A stretch of DNA of 64,000 nt from Pinctada imbricata (lineage: Eukaryota). Each line of letters opens with the position of its first letter. Within the stretch, counting starts at the first letter, position 1. A program made the translations under genes and the position numbers. Shown here piece by piece: positions 33,229 through 45,510 of the stretch. The notes under the pieces were generated by a model that saw nothing but the letters and a program-made list of their open reading frames with translations, did not search any database and was not told the DNA's origin. The stretch lies in NCBI GenBank assembly GCA_033119305.1, contig VSWD01000002.1, positions 9,274,974-9,338,973 on the forward strand, written 5' to 3'.

Positions 33229-34996
33229 TTGCAAAACTCGGCTCTTAATTTGATGTGAGACGGGCGGGCGGGCGGGCGTCTGGGCGGGCGGGAGGGCGTC
33301 AACAATTGGTTTCCGGACTATAAGTCAACTACGAAAGAGGCTATAACAATGAAACTTCATACACTTACTCACCATTAGTCAAGGATGAGCCCTATTGATT
33401 TTGGGGTCAAAAGGTCAAAGGTCAAGGTCACAGGACTCAGATGATTGAAAATGGTTTCCGGACCATATTATAGCCTGTATTGCACCTATAATCATGAAAC
33501 TTGCCAGAAATGTTTCCCTTGAATCAAGGATGAGGCCTATTGATTTTGGGGTCAAAAGGTCAAAGGTCAAGGTCACAGGACTCAGATGATTGAAAATGGT
33601 TTCCAGACCATATTTCAGCCTGTATTGCACCTATAATCATGAAACTTGCCAGAAATGTTTCCCTTGAATCAAGGATGATGCCTATTGATTTTGGGGTCAA
33701 AAGGTCAAAGGTCAAGGTCGCAGGACTCTGATGATTGAAAATGGTTTCCTGGCCATATTTTAGCCTGTATTGCACCTAAAGTCATGAAACTTGCCAGAAA
33801 TGTTTCCCTTGAATCAAGGATGAGGCCTATTGATTTTGGGGTCAAAAGGTCAAAGGTCAAGGTCACAGGACTCAGATGATTGAAAATGGTTTCCAGACCA
33901 TATTTCAGCCTGTATTGCACCTATAATCATGAAACTTGCCAGAAATGTTTCCCTTGAATCAAGGATGATGCCTATTGATTTTGGGGTCAAAAGGTCAAAG
34001 GTCAAGGTCACAGGACTCTGATGATTGAAAATGGTTTCCTGGCCATATTTTAGCCTGTATTGCACCTATAATCATGTAACTTGCCAGAAATGTTTCCTGT
34101 GAATAGAAAATGACCACTTTTGATTTTGGGGTCAAAAGGTCAAAGGTCAAGGTCACAGGACTCTGATGATTGAAAATGGTTTCCTGGCCATATTTTAGCC
34201 TGTATTGCACCTAAAGTCATGAAACTTGCCAGAAATGTTTCCCTTGAATCAAGGATGAGGCCTATTGATTTTGGGGTCCAAAGGTCAAGGTCACAGGACT
34301 CTGTTGATTGAAATTGGTTTTCGGACCATATTTCAGCCTGTATTGCACCTATAATCATGTAACTTGCCAGAAATGTTTTCTGTGAATAGAAAATGACCAC
34401 TTTTGATTTTGGGGTCAAAAGGTCAAAGGTCAAGGTCACAGGACTCTGATGATTGAAAATGGTTTCCTGGCCATATTTTAGCCTGTATTGCACCTAAAGT
34501 CATGAAACTTGCCAATAATGATTCCCTTGAATCAAGAATGACCCCTATTGATTTTGGGGTCAAAAGGTCAAAGGTCAAGGTCACAGGACTCCGATGATTG
34601 AAAGTGGTTTCCGGACCATATTTCAGCCTGTATTGCAATTATAATCATGAAGCTTGCCAGAAATGTTTCCCATGGATCAAGGATGACCACTATCAATTTT
34701 GGGGTTCAAAGGTCAAAGGTCAAGGTCACAGGACTTAGATGATTAAAAATGATTTTCCGACTGAATTTGAGCCTGTATTGCACCTATTATCATGTAACTT
34801 GCCAGAAATGTTTCCTATTAATTTTGGGGTCAACAGATCAAAGGTCAAATTCATAGGACTCGTTAATTGAAAATGGTTTCTGAATTATATATGAATGTGG
34901 ATCAACCTGAAACATGCTAATAATGTTTCCCATCTGTCGAGACCATATTCAAATCATGTATATTTTACTTATATTCAAGTTTTGCAACTCGGCACT
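33229..34996. mobile_element. TIR-flanked non-autonomous element in ATPase intron 7: termini GCCGAGTTGCAAAACT (palindromic at the 5' end), a GGGCGGGC-rich head, and about 10 tandem 145-bp units containing AGGTCAAAGGTCAAGGTCA
   Basis: 5' end agccgagttgcaaaactcggct and 3' end agttttgcaactcggc form inverted termini. Internal 145-bp periodicity; the six 71-aa minus-strand ORFs and the one 117-aa ORF are artefacts. This resembles the satellite-carrying MITE/Helitron-N elements reported in bivalves. Confidence 0.6.
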
Positions 34997-35040
34997 TTGC
35001 ATCTTTGATGCATTTTAAGCTTATTTTCCATTTAATGTAG

Positions 35041-35239
35041 GTGTGCCTGACCTTGACTGCCAAACGTATGGCCAAGAAGAATTGTCTGGTCAAGAACTTG
35101 GAAGCCGTAGAAACTCTCGGATCTACATCCACCATCTGCTCTGATAAAACTGGAACACTCACCCAAAACAGAATGACTGTGGCTCACATGTGGTTTGACG
35201 GCAAAATCGTGGAAGCTGACACCAGTGACGACCAATCAA
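35041..35239 (+). CDS. ATP1A: Na+/K+-ATPase alpha exon 8 ([66 protein letters not shown]), contains the DKTGT phosphorylation site
   Basis: Acceptor tttaatgtag| and donor A|gtgagt; 199 nt, ends phase 1. The P-type ATPase signature DKTGTLT is read directly from the translation. Confidence 0.92.
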
Positions 35240-35820
35240 GTGAGTTATTCACTGTTTTTGAAAACAAGAGTTGCTTCCCCTTTGGGACGGTATCTGAAGG
35301 AGACTAATTGTGACGTCATAAAATTCTATGGAAATGGTCCATAAACTCTGGGAAATGACAGTAGAAAATTGACATTATCATACCATTCTCGTGACGTTAT
35401 AATAATTTTACGTCAGGTACCGTCTCAAATGGGAAATAACTCTGTTTTCCGTAAATACTCAATAGTTACAGCATAGATAAAAAGAATTGGTTCCAAGTTT
35501 TTTGTACTTCATGAAAACTTATTTAGATGTTCTTCAGTTGTTGTGTTTACTGTCTGTATGATTGGTTGATGAAATATCAACACCGTGGCAATTTTAATTA
35601 CATGTAGCTTTTATCTTCTACATAAAATCTATCCAATCGGTGCACAAATCTGATCATTAAGTAGACTATTAAGTTTAAGCTTTGAAGGCCTCGTAATGAA
35701 TAAGTCGTTGAAATATTTTTTTCCTCCGAGACCTACTCCTGTATAAAATGCTATTTCTTATACAATAAAACATTTGATCGTTTAATCATGTGACATCATG
35801 TGACTTGAATGTAATTCCAG

Positions 35821-35932
35821 ATGCCCAGTATGGAACTGGAGATACAACATGGATGGCTCTATCTACCATTGCTATGTTATGTAACAGGGCTGAGTTTGTA
35901 GCCGGTCAGGAAAATGTACCCGTACTTAAAAG
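35821..35932 (+). CDS. ATP1A: Na+/K+-ATPase alpha exon 9 ([38 protein letters not shown])
   Basis: Acceptor gtaattccag| and donor AG|gtaggt; 112 nt, phase 1-2. Confidence 0.85.
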
Positions 35933-36435
35933 GTAGGTCTCTTCCTTCTTTCTTGCTGAGAATAGTTTAAAAAAAAAGCCAAAAATAATATAAAAAAAAA
36001 GTAAGTATAGAAAGTGTTTCTTGAACATGTACAGATAAGAGATAAGCCAAGATAGTTTATTGGGTTTATTCCCCATACGCCTACTCGGTTAAAATCATAT
36101 TTTGATAATTAGGTGTGAACGGGGTCCTCAAAAGGGTACATGTGTACTAATTAGTTACCTGATTTACCTGTACAAGTAGAAATCATACATATTCATTTTC
36201 TCTATCTCTATCAACTTTGTGCTACACGTGAAAATGATGAAAAATATGTCTGATTCATTGTTTAAAAATGAGTCTGAGATAAAGCTATCTTTTAATGTAG
36301 CAAAGTTATAGTTTAACTAAAAGATATAATATACATGTATATACACATGCATTTACGTGAACTTCATATTTTAATTATGTTTTTAACGATTGAAGTTTTA
36401 CAAAAATATATATATCCGACCGTTTTCTTTTTTCT

Positions 36436-36470
<35 letters not shown>

Positions 36471-37881
36471 GAACATTTACTACATGTGGTCTAGACTACT
36501 AAGGCCGCCCTAAATAAATTCTACGTTTAACGTCCCTGTTCAATCTTATTGAAAGATATTTAATATGCAGAATAAGGCTCAGACAAAAACTTGCCCATTC
36601 TGTTGTACATGGGCATGCTTGTAACTGAATCATGATAGTATGTGTTACCATATGAAATAAAATGATCATAAAATATCAGCTTCCATTAGGGTCAATATTC
36701 CTCCTGGGTAGTTCTATAATATAAGACATTCAGCCTAGATATTTGGAATGGAGGGAGGGGGGAGGGGGGTTCAAACCCTATGCTTGCCGTAGCGTCATGC
36801 ATATATTATAGGACTACCTCCCGGGTGTCCGATGATGTCGAAATCTGTCAGACATTTTAGTAGTTTTGTCAGTCCGAACAATGAAAAGAACTGCCAACTT
36901 TTGTCGGTCCGGAAGAATATTTGTAAGATATTTCGGAGGCTTCGGACTGACACTTTTCAACATCTCTGGTCCTTGGCAGAGCATTATCTCTACTGATGAC
37001 AGGTAGATGCCAAGAAGCAAGATTCTGCGTACACATAAGTTAAATCCAAGAAATATAAGATCAAGGCATTTTATAACAACAAGTCACAACAATATCAATC
37101 TACTCTATAAAGTCTGTCAGTATGAGAAATCGCTTCTCATATAGAAAAGTCACAGTACTCATCATGGGTACTATCAGTCATATGACATGTGCGTACTCGC
37201 TTTGAGTAATGGTTCCCATGGCGGGTACCTTACATTATAAAATCATAAATTATGCAATAAAACATCAATAATGAGGCGAAGATAATTCAAACAAATAAGT
37301 TATAACATAAAATCTGAACGTCACACTAACTCTGTGTAAGGACCAAAAATTCCATAGGACCGTGGCACGGCATGTCACCAATTTGAAAGATGTTTGGTAC
37401 AAGATATAGGTATAGATCAATAAGATGAAAATTGGCATTTAAGTTTCCGTTGTCATGGCAAGCATGTCTATTTTTTTAAGAATTTTGAAAATATTGAAAA
37501 CAAAGCATTTTCAAAAGACTCGTTTCCATGGAAACGGGTATAGCAGTCAACTGTAAGTTTCTATGTTAAATTATTGTATATCATCTTATGTGTGAATATG
37601 TAAAAAAGAAATGTGCTTCATATATACACTTGAAGTTGGAATATCTTATACAGGTAACTAATTAGTGCAAAGCATACCCTTTTGATGGCCCCATTCACAC
37701 CCAATTAACATTATGTTGTTTTAACCGAGTAGGCGTATGGGGAACACACCGTTTATTGTACATGTATATTAGACAGTTCTAAAGATGTGTAGATGTAACA
37801 AGATACATGTAAGTATAATTCTTTTAGATTGCGATTACGTAGAATTTAGCGTTATATTTTGTAAAATGTTTTTGTTCTCAG

Positions 37882-38014
37882 AGATGCTAACGGTGATGCC
37901 TCAGAATCTGCCTTACTGAAGTGTGTAGAGCTCTCCATCGGTAAAGTTACAGAATTCAGGAGGAAAAACAAGAAAATCTGTGAAATTCCATTCAACTCTT
38001 CTAACAAATATCAA
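37882..38014 (+). CDS. ATP1A: Na+/K+-ATPase alpha exon 10 ([45 protein letters not shown])
   Basis: Acceptor ttgttctcag| and donor CAA|gtaaga; 133 nt, phase 2-0. Conserved [10 protein letters not shown] and PFNSTNKYQ blocks. Confidence 0.88.
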
Positions 38015-38850
38015 GTAAGAAAAGAGTCAGGCCTGATGTGTGATTTTTATAACCTTTTCACAACTGGATGAAATTAATTGTCCAAATACATGTACAAATA
38101 CCATAGAATTTAATCGAAATTTTTCACAATCATATACATGTATAAGTATGAAAATGGATAAAGCAGCAAGTTACCTTTTATTGTAAAAAGATTTTTTTAT
38201 ACATAAAAGTAACATTTGTAATGTTATTCACCCTTCCACAAAACTCTGTCAAATACTCCGTCAAGCTGAGTTATTTCATTGTTTACTTATCATGTAAGAA
38301 TGGTGAGGTACTAGAGTTAGTGCTTTTTTGGAGCAAGAACAATAAAATAGCAGGAACTGTGGAAGGGTGAATTACTTTTTATCCCAAGCAAAATCTAAGT
38401 GGGTTAGAAAAAAATTGTACCTAATGTTCAGTGAAAAACATGAAAATTATAAATCAGCCAGATACTGTTTTTCAAGGGTACTCCATTTGACTTTCATTTC
38501 GGTTATTAGAAATTTACATGTATTTCACAATCAAAATTGATCCATTTACCAGATTAAAGATATGACCGTTCCTAACACACAGACACCAAACATTACATCA
38601 TTGGCAAAATTTTTCATTGTGATGTCACATCTGATTGCTCCGTCTTGAAGCACCTTGATGTGTTGTCATGTTTTTTATTTTGATGTCATAACAAAATATT
38701 GCGATATTTTGTGATGTCTGGTTTCTGTCCGCTGAATGAATCTACTGGAAAATCACCTATTGATTATGTACATGTATATGATTATGTATAAATGTGTCTG
38801 CTATAGATCAACATGAAGGACATGGTCTATAATAGTACTATACATTATAG

Positions 38851-39043
38851 GTATCTATTCACGAGACCGAGGACCCCAGCGACCCCCGATATCTCCTTGT
38901 GATGAAGGGAGCCCCAGAAAGGATCCTGGACAGGTGTTCGTCCATACTACATAACGGCAAGGAGGTTCCCCTCGATGATCAGTTCAGGGATGCTTTTAAC
39001 TCAGCGTATATGGAATTAGGAGGTCTTGGAGAGAGAGTGTTAG
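38851..39043 (+). CDS. ATP1A: Na+/K+-ATPase alpha exon 11 ([65 protein letters not shown])
   Basis: Acceptor cattatag| and donor G|gtatgt; 193 nt, ends phase 1. Conserved [13 protein letters not shown] motif. Confidence 0.9.
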
Positions 39044-39455
39044 GTATGTAGGATTCATGGATGTTTATATGTCTTCGTTGTAACTTATTACAATGTTTGG
39101 AAATTATTCCTCTGGACTTTCTAAAATAGAATATGGAGTATAGAAAATTTAATACGTTTTGGATAAAGGCATGATCTTCTCTTTGTCTTTATTTTGCCAA
39201 AAACAGTTTTATATATTTAAAAGAAGAAAGTAATTACAATGGGAATTAATTAAAACTATAAGGATAATGGCCTTCTTTTGCAAATGCATTTGATACTAGA
39301 TGTTGGCTTCAAGAATGATCTGGTCCATTCCCTAGCTACAAATGTATCTTGAAGTCTGTAGACCTATTGTTAATAGTAAGATAGAATATTTCAACTGAAA
39401 ATTAAATCCATTTCCATATTATCTCGAGCTAATCCATATAACATTGTTATTGCAG

Positions 39456-39631
39456 GATTCTGTGATTATATTCTCCCCGAGGACGCTTACCCACCAGGCT
39501 ATCCATTTGACGCTGACGAACAGAACTTCCCACTTACCGGACTACGATTTGTTGGTCTTATGTCTATGATCGATCCACCAAGAGCTGCCGTACCTGATGC
39601 TGTCGCTAAATGCAGAAGTGCCGGAATTAAG
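39456..39631 (+). CDS. ATP1A: Na+/K+-ATPase alpha exon 12 ([59 protein letters not shown])
   Basis: Acceptor ttattgcag| and donor AAG|gtgggt; 176 nt, phase 1-0. Conserved [13 protein letters not shown] block. Confidence 0.9.
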
Positions 39632-40053
39632 GTGGGTATTTGTTCGAGTTGTGAGTTAAGGATTTTTTGTAAAACTTTAGTGTCCCTAAATTTTATCTCC
39701 ATACATGTACATGTACATGTACATTGAAGATTTCCAACCACATGCAGTACCTCTGTGTATCAAGAGAGGTAACTCTAAAATTCAAGTAAAATATATAGGG
39801 AAAATGATGCAAGTAGAGGGGAGACCCTAATGTATACTTGTAGTACTTTCACTCATAAAAAAGAAAAAGAATATGGTCAATGCCGTTTTGTAATTTACAT
39901 AAAACGGTAATGCTATCCGTAAATTTCACTCATGCTATACATGTACATTTTAAACAGGTTCAAATACATATATTTTGCTGCTCAAGTTAATATAAACACA
40001 GAAAGATGCTTGAAGATACATGTATGTTAATGTAATTTTGTTTGTTTACATAG

Positions 40054-40190
40054 GTTATCATGGTTACTGGTGATCATCCAATCACTGCCAAGGCCATTGC
40101 TAAAGGTGTCGGTATCATCTCTGAGGGAAGCAAGACGATTGAGGACCTCGCTAACGAACGTGGTGTGCCTGTGGAAGAAGTCGATCCTAA
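40054..40190 (+). CDS. ATP1A: Na+/K+-ATPase alpha exon 13 ([46 protein letters not shown])
   Basis: Acceptor tttacatag| and donor AA|gtatgt; 137 nt, ends phase 2. Confidence 0.9.
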
Positions 40191-41967
40191 GTATGTCCTC
40201 CTTTATTAAGTTTTTAAGATTAGATGGTATTTATTTAAAGTCAGCATCCAGAGGGCTTTTAAACGTCATTGTTTTGTAGGGTCAATTGTGATAAAATTAT
40301 GAAGTAATGAATAATTCAAAGTTCTGTCTATCAGGTTAGGTACATTAAGATACATTTCTACGTTCTAATACTAATTTATATTTTCAACAATATGCATCGA
40401 TAATCACATTTATAAATAGATTTTTAGATCTACATGTGTCTATGTTTTGATACATTTGTATATTTTTATAATTAAAATGTATACATGTGTAGATTTTAGT
40501 CATTGTGGTTACCATCTTAATCGTTTATTTATTACGTTGGATTCCACCTTTAACGTTTATTTATTACTCTGAATTTCACCTTTAAGGTTTATTTATGACT
40601 CTGAATTCAACCTTTAACGTTTATTTATAACTCTGAATTCCACCTTAAACGTTTATTTATTACCGTTATGCAGCATACGAAGGTGAAGTATCTAGACTCT
40701 GATAATCACGTGACACAAAGTTTAATGTAGATACACACACATCTCTTTACGTACCTTATGCACTAAAATCTTAAGAAATAGTGCATGTTTAAATATCGTA
40801 TTAGACACTTGTCAAAATGATTAGTGAATTTTTAAATGAAAAGTTAATATAGCATTTCAATGGATTTAGGAAAGTGTGCCATATGTTTTTCAAAGCAGAA
40901 ACACGAAATTCTCTTTCAGAGAAAACCATGAAGTTCAAGTTCTCTTTGAATCCCTCTTTTCTCAAGACATTTGTATATTGTCTGGCTCATTTTATAGTTT
41001 CACCCAGATAAATCATCTTTTTACAAGCTATTTAGAGCCAGGTACACATTTGCAGGCCCCCATATTTTCCGTCCAATATCTGTAAATTTCCTGAAATAAT
41101 TGAATATCACAATCTTTCATGTAAAGTTTGAATTTACACGTAAAAAAACTATTTTAAGGACATAATTGATATTGAAAGAATCAAGTACACCTATCTTGTA
41201 TAAGAGATGTGTGTGATTTGAAGGCTACTTACTTATTTTGATGTTTGATGATTGGATTTTATGTGAGTTTGACATAACATGTACATTTACCAATCTGCTG
41301 AAGCTAGACTTTCATTAAGTTAAGTCAAGTCGATAGGAGTAGATTTACAGAATATTCAGGATTAGATTGATACAGTGTAGGCCAAATAAACTTTAAAAGA
41401 CATCAGAGTATTGTTTATCTTTTCTAATTTATGTAAATGTAAGTGAAAAAGTAATGTATATCAGCGGATCAGTTAAAAAAGCTTCCAGCGAATTTTTTGG
41501 TGGATACTTTCACGCATAACTTGTACAAAAAAAATGTAAAACTTGAGTTAATTTTCTTAAATATTTTCACGTCTTTACATTTTCACCAAGGAAAGGATTT
41601 TCACTCGCACATTTTCTATAAATCTCAGTACCACAAAAAAAATCACTCTTATTAAGCCATACAGTTAATGATGATTTAAAGTGTTTAACAAAAAATTTGC
41701 TGTATGTCGAGACTAATCTATTAATGGAACAAACAAAAATTTAAAAAGTGTGAAAAGTAGAATGTACCGTTAGGCTTATGTATAATTTATGAGTAAACAT
41801 ACATGGAGATTCTGTCTTTATTATAATTGACTATTTTTTTAATACTTAATCATTCGTTACTTTGTCTTTCTCACACATATATCTTTCCTATCCTTTATAT
41901 CAAAACACCCTGTACAACAACATATTACCTTTTATAAGTTACTGACCTTGACCTTTGTACCTTACAG

Positions 41968-42185
41968 AGAGGCCAAGGCTGCCGTTATCCACGGTATGGA
42001 TCTTCGTGACATGACTCCGGCTCAGATTGATGAGATTCTCCGTAACCACCCTGAGATTGTGTTCGCCAGGACGTCACCACAGCAAAAACTGATCATTGTA
42101 GAAGGTTGTCAAAGACAAGGCCAGATTGTAGCCGTAACTGGTGACGGTGTCAACGACTCGCCCGCTCTCAAAAAGGCTGATATCG
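41968..42185 (+). CDS. ATP1A: Na+/K+-ATPase alpha exon 14 ([73 protein letters not shown])
   Basis: Acceptor ccttacag| and donor G|gtaagg; 218 nt, phase 2-1. Conserved [17 protein letters not shown] hinge motif. Confidence 0.92.
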
Positions 42186-42498
42186 GTAAGGGGTTCATCG
42201 AGAGGTTACATATTTCTTATGATTTGTATGATGCAAATAATTTTACTTTTTCATCTTCCATGTCTTTCATTTATTATCTGTTTACATAAAAGAAGACTCT
42301 GAACAATAATAATCATTAAAAATTTTCAAACAATCTTGATTTCTTGAAATATGATAATTTGCTTGATAAAATTTTTAACATTCTTGAAGTATGATAATTT
42401 TCATGAGAATATTTTTTAAGTTAACAAGGACTTAAGCTTAGTTAACCAAATACATGTAAATCTAATTATTTTAAGATGAATGTAAGCACAACACATAA

Positions 42499-42639
<141 letters not shown>

Positions 42640-42640
42640 T

Positions 42641-42808
42641 AGCTGTTACAGTCAAGCTTTTCCTGCTTAATCAGATAAAACTAATGTTTTACGATAAAAT
42701 GTCAAGAGTGACATGTATCTACCAATATACTGTAGCTGTTACAGTCAAACTTTTTCTGCTTAATCAGATAAAACTAATGTTTTACGATAAAATGTCAAGA
42801 GTGACATG
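42641..42808. repeat. Local tandem duplication of about 90 bp x 2 in ATPase intron 15
   Basis: ctgttacagtcaa(g/a)ctttt(c/t)ctgcttaatcagataaaactaatgttttacgataaaatgtcaagagtgacatgta occurs twice. Confidence 0.8.
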
Positions 42809-43048
42809 TAATTCTGACTTTGTTATTTTGAAAAGTCTTGAATTAGAAATCTGTTTGCAAATGTCAAGACTTTTTTTTTGGTTAAATTCTTCAATGATTT
42901 GGAAAATCTAGGTTCATACCTAAAGGTAGCGATGCATTTTCTATATTACGTAATAGGGTTCTTTTGACATTATATTAAATTAATGATTAATGATATATTA
43001 AATTATATTAAATTAATGATATATATATTAAATGGTATCTTTTTACAG

Positions 43049-43298
43049 GACGCTTGATCTTTGACAACTTGAAGAAATCCATCGCCTACACACTGACTTC
43101 CAACATTCCTGAGATTTCCCCGTTCTTGTTATTCATCACAATGTCCATTCCTCTACCCCTCGGAACCATCACCATTCTATGTATCGATCTCGGAACTGAC
43201 ATGGTACCAGCTATCTCGCTCGCCTACGAGGGACCAGAAAGTGACATCATGAAGAGGCAGCCACGTGACCCCATCAAGGACAAACTTGTCAATGAAAG
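43049..43298 (+). CDS. ATP1A: Na+/K+-ATPase alpha exon 16 ([29 protein letters not shown]...[32 protein letters not shown]; TM5-TM6)
   Basis: Acceptor ctttttacag| and donor AG|gttggt; 250 nt, phase 1-2. Confidence 0.9.
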
Positions 43299-43730
43299 GT
43301 TGGTACATTTTGGACTTGCAGTGCAGGTCAGGTGAATAGGAAGTTTTCCACACAAATAGGCAAAAATCAAATTGTTAGTAACCAAAAAAAAACTTGTGAG
43401 ATTTACAAGTCAGTAATATCTGGATTCCCACTATGATTTAAAGGATTTATATAATCCAAAGTGCAAATATTCATCGTTATGCCAAAATTCTTGAGTCATC
43501 AACCTTTGTGTGCATTTGATATTTGACATCAAAATGTCTTGAAATCTAAGTAACTATTATTTCTATCAATGAATGATGAGTAAAAAAAAAATGAATACCA
43601 GTATAGCCCTAAGTGTGCCAAGAACATCAAGAAACTAAAATTTTGCTGTGAAAAGAAATAGATGTACGAATCTCCATCACTGAATGATACTAAACATACA
43701 TGTAACTACATTTATACCCATTAATTACAG

Positions 43731-43905
43731 GTTGATCTCCATGGCCTATGGTCAGATTGGTATGATTCAGGCCTCCTCAGGTTTCTTTGTTTATTTTGTC
43801 ATTATGGGTGAGAACGGTTTCTGGGCCTCCAAGTTGATTGGAATCCGTAAACAATGGGACTCGCTGGCTGTTAATGACATTGAAGACTCTTATGGACAAG
43901 AATGG
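43731..43905 (+). CDS. ATP1A: Na+/K+-ATPase alpha exon 17 ([59 protein letters not shown]; TM7)
   Basis: Acceptor ttaattacag| and donor TGG|gtaaga; 175 nt, phase 2-0. Confidence 0.9.
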
Positions 43906-44100
43906 GTAAGACTGTTATTGTACATGTATTTGATCAAATCAGGCGAAGGAATTCATTTTTACTTTTTATTCCAGTAGATAATTGTCCCTTGTAATTGTAG
44001 GGAAATTAAGTGCTTAATTTCGTGGCTTCACAATGTTTTCACTTCAGATGAACAAGCCTCAAACCTTGGTCAAAATGAAATTTCCAATTTAACATCGTGA

Positions 44101-44225
44101 TTTTTTTTTTTTTAATTCGACAGGATTGGAAGGGCTAATTTGTTTCTTAGATATGCCTTCACATGTTTTTAATTCGACAGGATTGGAAGGGCTAATTTGT
44201 TTCTTAGATATGCCTTCACATGTTT
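44101..44225. repeat. Local tandem duplication of about 60 bp x 2 in ATPase intron 17
   Basis: ttaattcgacaggattggaagggctaatttgtttcttagatatgccttcacatgttt is repeated. Confidence 0.8.
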
Positions 44226-44390
44226 ATATCACTCTCACACATTCTCACATTGTTCAGTAAATAACTTTTAGATTTGATGGTGTGCCTCTACATTCAAATA
44301 AATTCTTACTCCTTGTCACCATATACATGTATGTATGTATACTCACTTTGCTTACCAGGGCTAAACTCACGTATATTTTCCGTTCTACAG

Positions 44391-44521
44391 ACATACAGTC
44401 AGAGAAAGATCCTTGAGTACACGTGTCACACGGCTTTCTTCGTCTCCATCGTAGTCGTACAGTGGGCTGATTTAATCATCTGTAAAACCAGAAGGCTCTC
44501 ACTCTTCCAGCAAGGAATGAA
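44391..44521 (+). CDS. ATP1A: Na+/K+-ATPase alpha exon 18 ([44 protein letters not shown]; TM8)
   Basis: Acceptor cgttctacag| and donor AA|gtaagt; 131 nt, phase 0-2. Confidence 0.9.
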
Positions 44522-44924
44522 GTAAGTACACGTATTGATCAGTGATTTTTGAAGTTATTGGAAAAAAGAAGGGGTTGTATCAGAATAAGATTTGAATATG
44601 TCATTGCATTTATCAATATTCCGGAATAGAATGACAAAGCAATAGATGAGCAAAAAAGGAAAGTGTAATTTATAAGCCTTAAGTTTTTTTTTGTGTGTTT
44701 TTTTCAGCCAATTTTGTTGAACAAGAAGATTTTATAAAGAATTTTGGTTTAAAGTTTTATAATTTGAAGTGAAACAGCAGATTTGTTCTTTATCTGACCA
44801 TCTAAGCTAATAAAATAAGGGCATAGCCATACAGTTTCTTTCAAAAGTGGTAATTGTGATTCATATATCTGTTGATAATGTATATCTCATAAGATATTGA
44901 CGTAAACGACATTGTATCTTACAG

Positions 44925-45026
44925 GAATCACCATCTTACATTTGGTCTGTTCTTTGAGACCTGCCTTGCCGCCTTTATGACGTACTGCCCAGGTTTGGAC
45001 CAGGGACTCCGCATGCAGAATCTCAG
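44925..45026 (+). CDS. ATP1A: Na+/K+-ATPase alpha exon 19 ([33 protein letters not shown]; TM9)
   Basis: Acceptor tatcttacag| and donor AG|gttggt; 102 nt, phase 2-2. Confidence 0.88.
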
Positions 45027-45389
45027 GTTGGTTTCGTGTATTATACAGGACTCTCCATTTTACATGTATCTTTATTAGGTGTTGTAAAGAAATAAAGCTT
45101 ATAGATAGTAATAGAATGTCTTGTTATCTGATCCATAATTTTGTTGGTTATATTGCTCAGCAATTCCAGTATATACATGTAGATAACAATTGTCTGTCTG
45201 TCATGTCGTCTGTCTCACCAATCCAATTGTAAAGTCTTTTAGAGTACTAGGTTTCAAGAAGAATTCATGAAATCAATATTATTCTAGATACAGTATTTGA
45301 ATGTTAGTACTTTGTTGATATTGAAAGTTTTAAAAGAAAAAAATATCCCTCGAAATGATTCTAATTTTAGCCTTTGTTTCTATTTTCAG

Positions 45390-45510
45390 ATTCACCTGGT
45401 GGTTCCCTGCCATGCCATTCAGTTTACTTATCTTTATATATGATGAATGCAGAAAGTACATCCTCAGACGTAATCCCGGAGGTTTTGTTGAAAGAGAGAC
45501 ATACTATTAA
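45390..45510 (+). CDS. ATP1A: Na+/K+-ATPase alpha terminal coding exon ([40 protein letters not shown]; TM10 and C-terminal ETYY)
   Basis: Acceptor tattttcag| and stop TAA at 45508-45510; 121 nt. The canonical C-terminal ...ETYY is present. A candidate polyA signal AATAAA lies near 45954, but the true 3' end is unverified. Confidence 0.9.

Noticed and set aside
33415-34638. Six near-identical 71-aa minus-strand ORFs (MQYRLKYG.ETIFNH.SPVTLTFDLLTPKS...) plus a 117-aa ORF built from the same unit
   Set aside because: There is one ORF per 145-bp unit of the intronic satellite; this is a repeat artefact inside an ATPase intron.
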